DNA of 63,475 nt, from contig KZ538113.1 in NCBI GenBank assembly GCA_000934665.2, positions 62,001 through 125,475 of the forward strand, given 5' to 3'. The number at the start of each line of letters is the position of its first letter. Position 1 is the first letter of the stretch. The position numbers were made by a program, and so were the translations under genes. This DNA is from Catajapyx aquilonaris. Its lineage: Eukaryota. The notes under the pieces were generated by a model. That model was not told where the DNA came from, ran no database searches, and saw only the letters and a program-made list of their open reading frames with translations. Below, in pieces: positions 13,401 to 28,000 of this stretch.

Positions 13401-15440
13401 AAAGGGAGGAACATGTTAGCGAATACCAGTGTTCTTTACATTACGAAGCTATAGGAACACACCAAAAAAAGAGGAGGCAGTGCAGGCAATCACGGAAGCC
13501 ATGTAGAAACAACACAAGAATCGATAAAACTGCTGCTATACGAGTGCTTTGGATGTGAAAGGTGCATTGTCTTTCCAATCGAGATGTTTCGTGCAGACCG
13601 CAGCAACCCCGGCCATTATAACGCGAGGAAGAAGAGGTTATTTACACACACAGCTCTATATATAGCGTGCCTGAGAATAGTAATATACTCGCCAAGAATT
13701 TCAATCCCCGTCTCGTTGCATAAGTTATGACGACGGCAGGCACGAACTACAATGAGTCAATGGCAGCGTCGCTCAGATTAACGGACGTGCAGTAAACTTT
13801 GTATGGAGCGGGTGGAACGCGGCTCCAGCAGTGAGGCGGGACAAAATAATTATGATGGATTGCTCTCTCCAGTCGCGCATGCGCATTCGCACTGGTAGAT
13901 CCCGATGTGCAAACGGGACTGGAGAGATCAATCTATCACATTTCACCCACATCCCTCGTTGGAGGTGTTTACACAACTGGAGGTTGATTTTTAAAGGACT
14001 GTTATTCATTGGTGATTAATATCGAAGCCCAAGGGTGTGATGTGATCTGCATATAGGGTTACTCATTGTTGATAACAATCAGTGGTGCTACCGGACCATG
14101 CAGCATCCTCGGTAGATTTTATCTGTGTACAACCGGTCCTTAGGCAGCGTTCAATTCCGCAGAGAGTATCAAAAATTCTTTGATGCACGTAAAAAATATA
14201 CTAAAATATGTACAATGCATTATAGGAAAACTTGCGTGGAAGGAAACAAAGTTTGTGTTTTTTAAATCGAAATTTCGCCGGCGCAAGCAAAAACCCCTCT
14301 AAGCGAAAGATCAGCATATGTGTTGCTTTAATGAATGTACAGTACAGTGCACCTAACGTATATTTTTCGGTGGACTTTGGAGGAAAAGCTGGGAGTGTTC
14401 AATAAACGCGACCTCAAATGCTTCACGGAATATAAAAAAATCCACTTCCCTTGCTGTGTGACGGACATGTCGTGCCGCAACCTGACAGCTAAAAATGGCG
14501 AAATATCTAATTCAGACCTGACCTAAGCCAATAGTTCATTGGGCCTGATACATCCAGGGCAATATATCTGCCATTTTTCCTAACCAGGATCCCAGAACCT
14601 AGGGGAATTCCCATTCCTGGCGTCACGTCTAGACAATTATCGAGGTCCTGGAATGGAGGAAGCTCCAGAAGCACAGACATACGCCCAGGATTTGGCCCGT
14701 CAGCTTTAAGCCGTTTCCTGCGATGAGTCTTCCTTAACGAAAATTGCTCCCAGGGTCCGGGGTGAAATGCGGCCTAAAGGAGCCAATCATTCTGCAGGCA
14801 TCGCCCCTGAAAGTCGTTTTCACGCCTTCCGAAGAAAAGGAAAGAAAAAGTCAATAACTCTTCTTTTCATTCGGACTTCCCAAGTCTCCTAACGAGAGGT
14901 CAGGTCCATCTCGGCGACAGGTAAGCCAGTGATGTGAAAACTTGACAAATTGCTTTAGTGCTCCAATGGCTAAACTTATTTAGAGTGTAACTCATATTCC
15001 GGCTTGGAGACGAGACATTGTTAGGGCCTCTAATTGGGCAGGCAAAATGTTCATATTGGCATCTTGCTTCCATTATTTTTTCCAGTGTTAGCCCCCTGTA
15101 GTAGATGCCGCCCTACATCGACAACAGCACACACATATCCGGGTGGAACATATCGACATGGTTGCATTATACATTCGCCCGCTTCCACATCCATATATCG
15201 CAACTTTCACCCAGCCCCGCGCTTTTTTGCAGGGATGGGGGGGAGGGGGGGGGGGGCAAAGTTTCGACAGTAAAACCCGTATCCGATACGCGCTTCACGT
15301 CGTAGCCAAAGTCGTTTCATCCCAGCCTATAAGGCATTTACGTCCTGAAAAGGAACGCTCGTTTACGCCACCCCTTTCAACACAAACGAATAGTCCAGGG
15401 CGCTAGCGTGGCCTTATACTATTATAAGCTATAGCAAGGG

Positions 15441-15567
15441 NNNNNNNNNNNNNNNNNNNNNNNNNNNNNNNNNNNNNNNNNNNNNNNNNNNNNNNNNNNN
15501 NNNNNNNNNNNNNNNNNNNNNNNNNNNNNNNNNNNNNNNNNNNNNNNNNNNNNNNNNNNNNNNNNNN
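15441..15567. other. Assembly gap (127 N) flanked by G runs
   Basis: Run of N, with ggg before and a poly-G run after. Confidence 1.
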
Positions 15568-15767
15568 GGGGGGGGGGGTCATTTCATGCAACATACTATA
15601 CGGTTACAGTAGGTGTAAATTGAATACTCATTTTAGCCGGATCTGCTCATTGTTTATGTTCATCGAGGGTAATTAATAGGTGAAATGGCGCGATATTTGT
15701 GGTCGTCCATTCAGTAAGAGAATGTCACACTAAATGTCATAAAATAACATGAACGCACAACAGCTAA

Positions 15768-16080
15768 TCTAAATGTATAAAAGGCAATGTTTTTTTTTTT
15801 GGTCTATACAGTAAAACCTCGATATAGCGCTCATCCATGAACCGCCCAAAAGTAGCGTTATATCGAGGTTTTACTGTATGTATAAAAGGCAATGTTTATT
15901 TGTTTGTCCAGGCTGGTGTTTCAACATATACCAAAACCACAATATCGTTCGCTGGCCTGCGGCGGCACAAGATGGACAGTATTGCGGTTTGTTTGTCCAT
16001 CTTATATCCATTTCGTACCCATTCAATGCCTACTTCGTATACCCATTTGATATCCGTGCGAAAAATGGGTTTCCTGCTAG
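15768..16080 (+). mobile_element. Non-autonomous Helitron, complete, with duplicated 5' end and a nested MITE
   Basis: A|TC start (TCTAAATGTATAAAAGGCAATGTTT), second 5' end at 15803, GTTT-type microsatellite, subterminal hairpin ACCCATTT..AAATGGGT (16041-16070), CTAG|T end, no TSD. Confidence 0.75.
15809..15876. mobile_element. pogo/Tigger-like MITE (68 bp)
   Basis: Perfect 18-bp TIRs CAGTAAAACCTCGATATA / TATATCGAGGTTTTACTG, with TA on both sides. Confidence 0.85.
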
Positions 16081-19000
16081 TTATTTATATCAACTTAATT
16101 ATCTAATTATTACTAATAAATCATCTTGCGTAGGAAGTTCGCCTTAATTTCATCCGGTGCGACAGTGTCGTTATTCACGTGGGAACTTCACCAGGTCGGT
16201 TGGATTTCCAGGTAGTGCAGACGGGCGGGGGTGCGTTTGAATCTACTTGCTATGGAAGCTGGTAACTAGTAATTGATTACAGTTCCCCGAAGCATCACGC
16301 AAGTCACGCCAATCCGATTATCACTCTCGGGTAGGGCCCTCCCCCCCCCCTACCTATAGCTCTCCCCCTGCACAAAATTCATGCGAAAACTTTGTCTTCG
16401 CAAAATTCAAATCGTGCGGCCATATCGGCTCCCGCGCGATGAATTTTGAAATGGGGGCTATTACGCCGTCCCTATATTGAAACCGACATAATCACTATAG
16501 GCGCCGTCTCTAATTACAAGTTAACGAGATCATATGGCATGTAAAGCTGCCTTTTGCGGCTCATGCGTTCAATGGAATCGGAGCCATACACCGCACACAA
16601 AGTTTAGTAATTTTGAAAAGAGATTGCAAAATTGCGGGTTTTCCGCGCATAAATTCAAGACATTAAACAAGGATGGCTAATTTTCAGTTTTAGTCCGGTC
16701 ACTTAATGCATGCATTATTTCAAGACAAACTGCTACAGTGAGCCCTCGAGTTGCGTAATTTTGGCATAAGTCAGGATCTACGTATAAGTTGGGACTGCCT
16801 GTGCTGCAAAAACCGAATACTTTTCGAGGACAGGAAATTGGTATGCAAAACTGAATACTTTTCGCTGCCCCGTATCGGTCGGTCCAGTTGAAATCACATT
16901 TCACACCAGCTAAAACAGAGGGCTTATTTCCTATCCCACGACAGTTAGACTCCAGTAATGGCCATAATCTTAACCGCTCCATCTCATTTCCAGGCCGATT
17001 CCCACGGAAAATATATGCGCAGCTGCAGGTTCCGAATAGAAGATCTCGGCCCAGCCTCCCAATAAAATGGGTCCACACTGGCTCAAGATATATACCCGAG
17101 CTGGGCGGGGAGGAAGGAAATCCGAGGCCCACCCACCCAAACTTCACATCCAGAGGCCTACGGCTCGGTTCCTTTGTTGCATCCTCGCAGTAATTACCAT
17201 TCACTTCTGCTCGAGCCCTGAATAGGACGAGGTCTGATAGCGAGCCTCTTTAGGCAACAAAGATGTCTCCTAGCTCCGTGCGGATTAGCAAAGTTGCGGC
17301 CGTCTGATGCGAAGCTTTTCAGAATCCAGTAGAAAGCTAGCCTGGCTCTAAATTGGCCGCGAAACACCAAGGGAGTCTGGCGTTTAACCGTGAGACAATG
17401 CGTTCATACATTCGGCATGGACATTGTTGGAAAAGGCGGATCCGTCGGAAGATCTTGCCTATACGCGACGAAGTGGCAGGTGTCGCAATTCAGAGAACAT
17501 CTAGCCGTGGCAAAGCCACAATAACGTTCGTTGGCCTGACGCTCGTCTCCCCTTCGTCGCGTAGGAAAGATCAGCTCTCGTCTGAATGCGATAAGTGGTG
17601 CAGTCAATTCTAAGTTGCCAACCAGGTCACATAGCATCTTGGAATGACAGGTAGCTTAGTCAACAGCAGTAAGAGCTACTGTATGGCAGCCAAGTCCTCA
17701 ACTGCCAGAGCACCCTCTGGCTTTGTCGTTTTTTTTTCCTTCGTCCCTAAAAATCGTTGGTTTATACGGATACTGGGGGGTGCTTGCAAATGACGCGTGC
17801 TCTCTCCAGGTGTCGCATCGGCAGGGGTTTTCGGATCGAAGAGTCATCGTCGGGACAAACATGGTTGGAACGCGCCATCAAAAGGCAGCCGCCGCGTCTG
17901 ATCAAGCCCCCAATGACGACCCAGTCAAATGGTGTGGGAGACTTCTCCCTTAAGAAAAGATTGCAGTGATGGCCTCTAATAGCAGGTGCATTTTGGCAAG
18001 TTTACAGGAAGCCTTGAGCCGAGTGCAATCCTGGGTTAATCGTCAGGGCAAAGGCATCCCTTGGCATCAGCGGCAGGGGCTATTAAAACCTGTAAAGCCT
18101 GCGACTAACGACGACATATCATTGCAAGCATTCCTGTCCGCACTTATTACTCGGCTTCGAAATTCTCCGGTTCCAATTTTCCAATCTCATCAATTCCATG
18201 ATGCATAAGCCGCTTTATACGGCGTTCCTCCCAGGTATAATTAAATGCCACACTTTATAAAACTGATGACGCTCGCTTTAACAAAAAAGAGGTCCAAAAA
18301 TGGTAGATCTTATTAGACGGGATTAAACGGCGGAAAATACCGTCTCGCTTTGAATGTTGACGTTCTCACACACACGGCATGGCGCAATGTGTCATCCCCA
18401 ATCAGATAACTTATCATCCTCTTTATGGTCGTAATGACCAAACCCATCCATTTCATACGGTCATATTTCCTGCCAGGACCGCCTGGGCAGAATTGATCAC
18501 TGGTTGGGGTCATGGCTTAATTACTTTCATGCCCGTTCGGCAGAGACAATTTCCCTTTTTTTCCAGCCTACCACCCAACTTTAGCAGTTAGTGTACTGGC
18601 TGTAATCTAGCCCGTTAACGAGCCCCCATTCGTAAAGAAAGAAACAGCACAATACGCCTACTAACGAGACGCTATTTTCGAATGCAAAGAGCACGAACTT
18701 GCTTCACGACGCATTAGCTTAATTAACGGTAATAATAACTAGCTTCATCGGCAATAAAGTCCGATATTTTCGCAAGACATTGTTTGTCAACTGGGGATAA
18801 GTAATGAGAACTTCGTATACATGATAGACTGTACACCCAGTGGGTGGGCTGCACTGTATGTGATTAATTCAGGAGCTCAGGTCACATACAGTGCTTGGGC
18901 AATCCCACTGCGGCATGTGACAGAAAGGATCAACATAATCCAACTTCAAAGGCAAAACAATGATTTCACCATGTCTGCCAGAAGCAAATCGAGTCAACCC

Positions 19001-22000
19001 AGAATGCGGCGTATAAAATAGTGATGTACAGAGTGGACACTCCCTATAAACACAGAGTTCCATCATAGATAAGGCGCCTTCATACATATATCGCAATCAA
19101 CGAAGTGATATTTGCTTTTAGCCCGGCAAAATGGACAAGGTTGTCAGGTCAGTTGCGATATGTACTGAATATAGGTGTTAGTTATAGTGTCGTGCAGAGT
19201 AGTAACGTGGGAATGTAGAAATTCACGAGATAATCCAAAGCTTCTTCTACTTGAACTGGAGATAATGCATCACCCTGTACACAAACATATCGAGCAATAA
19301 AGTCAAAAAAATGATGTGCCATACACCTGTATTATAGCAAAAATTCTCGTCTTTCAAGCAATAAAAACCATCTACACTGCTTTACACATCAAAATGGCGA
19401 ACTTTCACCATCACTTTCCTCCGACTGCAAAGTATCGGGTGGATTACATTCGAGTCCTAGCCCGGACCTAAAATGACCCCGGAGCGGCCTACACCTCCCG
19501 GAGAAAATTCAAAAATATCACCCCATATTCACCTGCTGAAAAAAACCGGGTTCACTGCCTTCCTGGGAATGTTGCTAGGGAGAGAGAGAGAGAGCGCGGA
19601 ATAGACCCATGTGCAAAAGGCACTTCGGACCCGGATCCCCCAGCTTTTTGGAGAGACGAATTGGACAAGCCAGAGAAGATGGCTGCCCCGGACACACACA
19701 CAAAAAAGGGCTGGGAAAAAAAGCTGTCCCCTATCGGCTACAGCCCGGATAACATGCCCTGCAAGCCCCCACCATATCACATTCCTCCTTCTTCGCCGAG
19801 TCCACTCAGCGCTGCAATATCACCCAGCTTTTTTGATCCCTCGAAAGTCTCCAAGTCAGGCCAATACACCGTCCTCGAAATGTTCGCCGCCGCGACTGAG
19901 GAAGAAGAAAGTGGGTGTCACGTGTACCAAAAAATGCGACTCGTAAATACTCGAGGCGCGGATATTTCAGACTTTCTCAACAATAGTAGACCCTGTTATA
20001 GCCCCGTTGTATAGGTCGTGACAAGTGAATGAACCTTTCCTTAGCAACCCAACCAGGAAACAAGATTTCCGTGTGATACCATACGATATGAAAGAGCCAT
20101 CATAGTGTACAATGCTCAAATAAAGGACTCGTACGAAATCAAGTGCTACGACCTGGCACATATGCGAAATTTTTATCCGCATCTTATTGTTAATTTTCAC
20201 TGAACCTCTATTCACATGGGTTTCGTTGGTCGTTGTACAGTTGGGATCCACACAAGTGTGAACTCAACTTCACGTGTTAGGTCTGGTCTAGTTGTTACGA
20301 GCATTAGCGACAAGCATATTAAAACAGGACCAAGCAGCGCCAAGCAGTGTATAAAGATGCACGACCCATCAAAGTGTGCGCCATTAATGATTTACGCTCC
20401 AGGTCGTTAATATTGTCGCATTTTTTTTTTAGCAAGTAGTTAATTTTACAAAGGCTTTGCGACCTGCCTGGAGGTTTTATGATTGTGAGGCTTGCCGTGC
20501 ATTACGTGTATACAGACTGGGAGAGTTACTTTCGAAATAAACATTTTGGCACTGTGCAATAAATTGGCCCAGACGGCCAGTGTATAACAAACAAACAATG
20601 TTCAAATGTTATCAGCAAGGCCGTTAAATTCAAGTGACATTGGCACATTTCTTCCGATCACATTTCACGAGTCTTAATATAGCGGCCGGGCCCTGTTTTC
20701 TTCTTGCCGCATTTACTGGGCACGTTGCCAGATGCAAGGAAAGAAATTCTGCGTGCATTTTTCAAAAAAAAAAATGCGCTACTGGATGGTGCACATTTGC
20801 ACATTCCCGGATGCAAATGTCATGTAGGGTCGGCCACTTCCTCTCGGAAGACTGACACGCTATACAGTCTAGGATCTAGTTGCGGGAACTTAATAATTTC
20901 ATGCACTCGCAAACTGTCAGTTCCGGACTCGGATTGGTCGGATACACACCGCCGTAATTATCGTCATTACAGTCATGATATTTGCATACAAAGAAAGGTG
21001 GGCATAAATGTCCGCAGTCTCATTGCAGAGTTAATAAGCAATGATTACAGTTTGCGAATGAGCTCGAAGCTTTAATTTCAACTGTGTTGTATGCTATTTT
21101 ACTTTAAAATAACATGCGCATGTCAACTTGAGTGATCAGCGTCCAGTGTTGCATCACCTGATGCATAACGACGCCACATCAGTGTCGCACACCAAACACT
21201 CGACCGGTATCTTGATTAATGGCAAGCGCTTCTTGCGGACATATTAGGGCTGGAAATTGGTGCGATTACAGTGACACCTTTGATGTGCTCGTATATACTA
21301 AGCCCATCTATTACGGGCTCCGAAGGAACTTCTCAGGAAAATAGGCTGCGTGACGAAATTAATAATTCATATAGTTAAGCTATGGGCCGATGGAGGAGTA
21401 AATCTGGCCAATAATTCGGACACACTGTTTCTATACCTCAACTGCAGCGCACATGATAAGCCTCATCGACATAAGTCAATATTCACCTACCGGCCATGTA
21501 CACATGAAATCATTAAAGCTTAAACGCTATCAAATATTTCGGATCACCAGTGAGCACGCCCAATATGTCAATTATTTATAACTTTTGCATAACATGCCGG
21601 TATGCACTTTAACAATACTGTACAGTACCAGATGTGCCAATAAACCATTACGAACTAACAATAATTTAAATTTCACATCAACAAACAAACAAACAAAAAT
21701 TGGCAAATTAGCCACCTAATATTAGGTCGACTAGAGAAAAAAATTAGTTCAGTCTTTGGTTCCGGGTTGCCAACTGGTTCCAAGTGGGTCAAACCCAATA
21801 TAGAGCTATTAAGCTCGGAGATTCATTACAACTGTGAGCTAGATTCTTCCATAATCTACACTTCTACAGGGTGGTCAGTAACTAATCCACATCATATTCA
21901 CTGCATTTGGCGGCAACTCAGTTTTGAGCTGGATTGCAGGTATAGGGAATGCATTGTGGGGGCATACCACCAGACAAGCAAGGATGCCGGAAGTATGTGA

Positions 22001-25000
22001 CATGCATGATAAGGCTGTAGTAGTAACAAAATCAGTAAATTTCTATGAAAATTCGCTCAATTGACAGCACGCAGTATTTTTTAAATCTCTAAATCACCGT
22101 GTGTGTCTCACTTCCAAGCCAGATTGACCCAGCCAAAAAACCTGGAGATAAACTCTACTTACATGCCTCAGATGGAGCTGAGCCAACTTTCCACCCACGC
22201 AACAAGCCCTACACGAGAGTTGTATCACTTGCAAAACTTCCATGCCTCAGGCACTCCTTAATATTTTTTCTTTCCCCGAAGTTGGTATAACGCGTCACTG
22301 CAGTCAGATCCGGCACACAAAAACAATACACAAAAAAATGGAGTTTCGATAGTTTTTTTTCAGTGATTTCCGAAGGGTTATTTGGGGAGGGAAGAAGGTG
22401 GGGGCGATGCCGGAATATGAAGCCGACTTTGCACCGCCCTGTCTTCTTATCGACTGGCCGCGTTTTAGGGGCGGTGTTGGGGGTAGGTAAAAGAGGATTG
22501 AATTGCTGCCGCTCGTGGCGCCAGTACTGCACTGCAACCCGGGTGGCGCCTGTATACTCACACAGTCGCCGATACAGTGTGTTCCAATGATACCAATTTT
22601 TCCCTGCTCTTAATGACCGGTTGTATGAACATAAACACTATACATATCACATATACTTATGGTTAACAAAAAGTTCAATGCAACAGGCCCTACCGAGTTT
22701 TGTGATATTTGTTGTCGTCTGAGGCTGGTTGTGAAAGCAAGAGTTTTTATCAAAATTTTGCAAACTGGATTTGGATACACAATAGTGGGTTGTGGGTCGA
22801 CATGTGTAAATTGTAAGCCGTGTTTACCGGGTTAGCCTGTGCCTTCTATCAACATGGAGTTGTCAGGGGCAGAGGGAGCATTTTCATGATGCATTTTCGT
22901 GACTGCGAGGAGCACTTCAATGAACAGTAATGAAGCGGGCGCTTCAAAAAACAATGCGGAGTATATATGGATCCAATGACATCACGACGCTTTCAAGCAG
23001 ATGCTAACTAATTTATCACTAGTCATGAAAGCCATCCCCAGCATGCCCCTGTTGTATGCAAACTAATTTAGGCAATTTGCTTGATACGAAGAGAAATTTA
23101 TTGCGATAACAATTCCACTTCAGGGAAATCCGTTTTCTCGTATATTTAGAGCTGATTCAAAGAAGTTACCTAAATTTACATTTTACCTTTTAAACACGAC
23201 GACGAGAGCTTAGCCCAAATTTTTTGACAGCTTGAACTGACGTTATTAAGTTTAAATGGCGCTTGTAAAGTAAGACAAACTCGCTTCATTCCAGCCTTGT
23301 AGGTAATTAACATCACATTGCTAATTGTACATAATCACTCATTAGTCATACACGCACAGTACACAATAACAACAAATCACTGAGCTAAGTTGCAATTAAA
23401 ATAAATTTTCACCGAAATTGAAGATGATGAGCAGCCAACTCTTAGGCTCTGTCATTGCACTATATAATTATGGAAGTTTCGGCTACGCTAATCATCATTA
23501 ATGATAAGCAATATCATGATAATTTTGCCCTCACCGAGCCATCCCTGATAGCCCAGTGGTCTAAGCCTGATAGCTTTCAACGTATGAACCAGATTGAAAA
23601 ATTGATATACGATTATCTTCCTATCGGATATTAAATTTCCAAAATGAACGAGAGCACCTTATAAATTCGAAAATAACTTAAGCCAAAGAGGATATGAGCA
23701 TATACTGCACATTCCATCAGGGTACTGTACCGCATGCAATATTCATGTTAATTCCATGCCTTCATAACAATGTTGAAAAGCATGCCCCGCTGCAAACACT
23801 CGTTACTTTACCATAAGTTAATTATCAAACCCGTTTAGCTAAAAAAAAACTAGTTCGCAAACACAACGATTAACATAAACCCATTTCAAAATTAAATTCC
23901 ACAATTTTAAACCGTCACTAACAGTGCAGAGTCAATTTCACCTTTCAGCATTATCCGCAATGCGTTACGCCAAGCTTGTACCTGTGCTTTTAACAAATTA
24001 CACCAACAAAAGCCTTAACTGTATTGAACCCTTCTTCCCTAAATTGCATTTCGACTTGCAAGTTAGCTTTCCCAAGGGTCCAGTAAAAAAACACCCCACC
24101 TCCCCTTTACTTCATGTAAAAGTTAGTCGCCCAGCAGTTTGTATTACCAATGTAAATCAGGGTTTCCAAGGGCTCAAGTTCGCGACGCTCAAATTGATCT
24201 CACTCTCAAAGCAAGCGCATAACTCACTCAACGAAAAGTTCATTTCAATGAGTACACCCAATAGCAATCGATAAACACGGAATAAATCCCGTAAGTCAAC
24301 AGGGCTAATGTCGAGAGAGCCATACAAGTGATCTCAAGCCTTCAGGCGTGGGTGAGCCCCCCAAAAATATTGAATTTTCTAGGTTTTTACGACACCAGCA
24401 CGTCCTGTCCAGCGATAAATCCTGGTAAAACCTCCATAATGAAACATGGATGCAATCAAAACCGGACATAATCTGCGGATCGCCAACGACGAATCGAGCG
24501 TGTAATGTGGGCAGTCCGGTCGTCCAGAAAGTCAGATACGTTCGTTTCCTATCTTCACAACGATTGATAACGAGAAAAGGGTGTTGGAGAAGCCATCATT
24601 TCCGGGACGCGCATCTGGACACCCACCAAACCTCCTCCCAAAAAAAACAAACCCTGATTGATCCCCTAGAAGCCTTGGGATATCAATCAGGTTCAGAAGG
24701 GTTGAAAATCGAGACCCTTTCAAGAATGGCAGCACGGGCTCGACATGCTGTAGCTAGACACTTCAACTCCCTTTTATCTAATTGGAGGCCTCCGGGTTGT
24801 CAGGAGATGATTAGACCCGCCGCTCTTGTTGATAACAACACGACAGATTAGGGTAATTGATCTGACACCTGGTTGAAATAAAAAGGGGGGCACAGGTTGA
24901 TGTAATGGGTATCAGAAGTGGCGATGGAAGTGTCGTGGTAAGATATATGTTTGTCCGAATTCTTATGAAACACCCGGTACAGGCCAACATCAAAGGCAGC

Positions 25001-28000
25001 CAAGCCCTGTAATCGGCATGTGCAGCTAGTGTCTGGCGCTTACAAAACACACCCGGGTAACGATCTTCCCTATAAATTAACACCGCTCGACCGTGATGGG
25101 TCCTAAGTTTGTCACGTGTCCACCCCAAAGTTTCCGGAGATAAATCACTCCCCGGCATTTTCCCAAAGGGTCATTATACCTGGCACTGTCTTGACGAAAA
25201 TGTATCGCCACCGCTTTTCGTTTACGGCTCCTTCTCCTACTTCCTTGCAAGCCCCAGGTTTTATGGGAGGTTGTACCGAAATGATGAGCACTGCAAAATG
25301 GCAAAATGGGAGCCAACTTTAGCACCAAAACTTTCAACGCTCGAGTTTCTTAAAAAAAAAAAAAATCTATTCGCTCTCTCAAACACCATTTTACAACGGG
25401 GGGTCATAACCGTAAGTTTCTCGGTACACAGTTGGTGTACTCAGATTCTTTAACACCCTTTAACTTTCTGTGCAATTCGCGCCCTGGACCCTTCTGATCG
25501 ATTCCAGAGCCTCATGAAAAATTCACACACCTTTTCTCTCTCCCAGCAGCATGCTTGTGAGGAACTGAGTCGATAACCCAGCAGACGTCTTTATCACTCA
25601 CACTCATACAAATTAAGCCACCTTGCATTAAGGCACAAATGCGACTAAAGTAAGGTCCTAATATTCAGTCTGCACACACTTTTTCTTCTCGCCTTTGAAA
25701 AGTAAGATTCATTGGGGAATCGATGCCGCTTTTCTGCAAGCTCAAAGAGAAAAATGCTGTATCCTAAGCTGCCCCCTTTTTCTTTATCACTGGGCAATGC
25801 TGAACCCGTCATTTATCTTCTGAAGGTGGAATTGGGAAGCCCGGTTGCTTCAATCAATAAGGAGGCTGCGGCTCTAGGAGGAATGTGTAGCATTGCACCT
25901 GTCCACCTTTTTAAATCCAGACGAAACGAAAGATTTCCTCCGGATCACTTTTATGCAGGAGAGAAGGATGATGACTGCTATGTATATTAATATCAGGAGC
26001 AAATCCTCCCAATCTTGCTGATCGATGCCTTTGTAGTGCACAGATGCGAACATCAGGTGTCTAGCCCGTGCCATACAGAGTGTTACATAATAACACTGAA
26101 AGGGTACTATAGTGCACCTGGATAGCAGAGAATCACTTGTATACATGTGCCACTACCTATAGATAATTACAATAAATCAAAGAATGCATTGTCGTAAATA
26201 CAGCTTACGACACTTCCATCGCCTTCTTTACCCTAAACTTTACATGAAAAAGGCTGAACCATGTGTATGAAGCCTAATTAACCTATACAGTAACGAGGCT
26301 GTGACACCTCCACACAAAATGACCTTCGAGCCACAAGGAGTTCACCCTAAAACGTTGTGGGTTATATTGCGGAACACCCTGTACATGCTTCAGGGCAGGT
26401 GCCATTAATTTGGTGGCACTTTCAGGACCGAAATATTTTTAGCATGTTCACACAGCAAGCACTGTACACGTTTTATAGAACATGTTAGTTTGCGAAACTT
26501 TTGTGTTTACAGTCGCATTAGCATGAGGTATGCCGGTAATTTTCACGATAAATATTCATTCCCGCACTTTTCACATAATGCACTTGGGTTTTGCATTGCA
26601 TGGGACAATTTTATACCATAAATTCCAGCAGCAGTTTTGCAACACATCTTCAAAATGAGAGCCGTCCGCCTGTTAGGTGCAATAATGCATCATGCCAATA
26701 AGCCTGATCATCACTTCTTCGATATGTAATTGCTGAAAATCCACTTACTAATCAGTCTATCAAAAATCGATTTTAGATATCTCTCTTGTCCATCTCTGGC
26801 CTTCAAAACAAAAAAAAATTACTAGGGCTACACTATTTTCCATCCGCCCCATACAGATGTGATGAGACAATATATTTGCATTGAATTTAGGCCCAGCATG
26901 GCAATTAATTAATTAGTAAGTTGAATGTCGCTTACTAATGTGCGCGATACTTTCAGCTTATATTTAACTGTGTCTCACTTATCGGAAGCTAATCTTTTCA
27001 TAGGAATAATGTATGTGTTGTCGATTTCGGACATTTCCAGTCTTATGTGTTACTTCGTGATTTCATTTTCCGATTTTCTACGACGTCTACCAGTAACGCG
27101 CAATAGCCACAGGTCAGTTAGTGCCCACACGTTTCAACATCTCCAATCTGACCGCTGAGCACTCTCCCAACATTCCGGTACCTGAAAACTCAATTTCAAA
27201 GTGTTTGTATTTCGCAGTGAGGAACCACTTTCGGCAAAAGGAGGAGGGGGGGAAAAAAAGGAAATTTGCAGACGAGAAGAAAGCAAATGGAAGGCAGGAA
27301 ATTTCCTTTCTCTCTCTTTTTTTTTACTTTCCATCCGCTTTACAGAAAGCTCTCGGTGAAATCTTATTAGCAACTGCTGCTCCTGGGCCAACCCCCATAG
27401 TGTTTGTCTTACGCCGGTTGGGTTGAATGAACTCGAGGGCTCTCGGATAAAAGGTGAAGCGAGATCAATCTACACGCCAAATTAGAGTTTCTACTCTAAC
27501 TCGCCACATTCATCCATTGGCTCATGTTATAGGTCATCGCCGACTGCTGCCGAGCCGATGGAGTTTCCATTGGCTTCATTTCCAGAGGAAAATGCGGGGG
27601 GCTTCAATTTCTATCCCAACCGAGCTATACAAGCCCAGACCTCAACAATGCGTCAAGTGCACCGTCCATTTGGCACTATCATTTGCACAACCAACTTTCA
27701 ACTCTTGTACTCTAATTATGCGGTACCCAAGTGTATTTTACTTTCTAATTAGCTGGATCTGCCCTATCGCTTTGAAACAACAGGCATACACCATCTGATC
27801 CAATGTATGTCATGTAACCTCCATCCCCTCTGATGGATGTTACTGGGAGAGTGTCAATCAACTATATCCGGTGACGCTAAATGTTGTGATTCGATTGTGT
27901 GACTGCCAGTATTTCGTGTGTTTACATTGCTTCAGTTCAGGTTCGCATCCACAGAGTGCCAAAATCATCTGGGCACTACTTTACATGACAATCTGCACAG

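Noticed and set aside
16677..17204. 175-aa minus-strand ORF
   Set aside because: No domain similarity or splice support; compatible with chance.
23541..23600. tRNA-like 5' end (TCCCTGATAGCCCAGTGGTCTAAG)
   Set aside because: A-box-like only; no B-box or cloverleaf. At most a SINE remnant.
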